Below, in pieces: positions 45,824-45,984 of a DNA stretch of 45,984 nucleotides. A program made the position numbers and the translations under genes. This DNA comes from an uncultured Clostridia bacterium (GTDB lineage: Bacteria > CAYTYR01 > UBA6262). The stretch is from the NCBI GenBank assembly GCA_964441745.1, contig CAYTYR010000006.1:62001-107984 (forward strand), read 5' to 3'. Every line of letters begins with the position of its first letter. Position 1 is the stretch's first letter. The notes below the pieces were generated by a model. That model saw nothing but the letters and a program-made list of their open reading frames with translations, did not search any database and was not told the origin of the DNA.

Positions 45824-45984
45824 TTAATCTATCTTTGTCCTGGCCCAATTGACCAGGCAAAACAGGCTAAGAAGATAAGCGCCAACAGTGACCAGGGCGG
45901 CCCACCTAAAATTAGCAGGCAGGTACTCAAAAACTACCGTATGCTTACCAGGAGGAACACTTATCCCCCTCATCATGTAATAAG
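45824..45984 (-). CDS. C-terminus of a YfhO-family membrane protein (partial)
   Basis: Hand translation YYMMRGISVPPGKHTVVFEYLPANFRWAALVTVGAYLLSLFCLVNWARTKID*; the RG..VP.G.H.V.F.Y.P + TM pattern is typical of YfhO C-termini. Confidence 0.7.
   Translation of the reverse strand, partial: YYMMRGISVPPGKHTVVFEYLPANFRWAALVTVGAYLLSLFCLVNWARTKID

Overview
Bacterial chromosomal core region; every supported gene lies on the minus strand. In transcription order: yfhO-like (partial), GT2, four minor-pilin-type genes, a pilM-pilN fusion, pilO, TPR protein, lipoprotein, ispE, spoVG, tRNA-Gln, N-terminal-only glmU, prs, degenerate GGDEF protein, rplY, pth, P-type ATPase, membrane pyrophosphatase, rpsF-ssb-rpsR-DUF2232-rplI-dnaB-alr-mlaEFD-radA-PIN/TRAM-ispDF-cysE-cysS-rlmB, tRNA Thr-Tyr-Gly-Thr, a PilZ gene, tuf, rpmG, tRNA-Trp, an ArsB/NhaD-type permease, a degenerate MshEN-PilB-like protein, and a c-di-GMP-I riboswitch ahead of two secreted-protein genes. 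The host looks diderm (long MlaD, type IV pilus parts); an Elusimicrobiota-like or candidate-phylum lineage is a guess only. Two unusual themes stand out. (1) Many intergenic gaps hold members of several small hairpin repeat families: a ~110 bp element in 9 copies, 7-mer and 8-mer tandem-unit hairpins, a ~190 bp structured element directly upstream of two tRNAs, and a 27-28 bp palindrome with both filled and empty G^TMATC target sites. No transposase is present. (2) Four probable c-di-GMP sensors are present (riboswitch, MshEN pseudo-ATPase, PilZ gene inside the tRNA-tuf operon, degenerate GGDEF with an intact I-site). All calls come from reading the sequence by eye; no searches were run.
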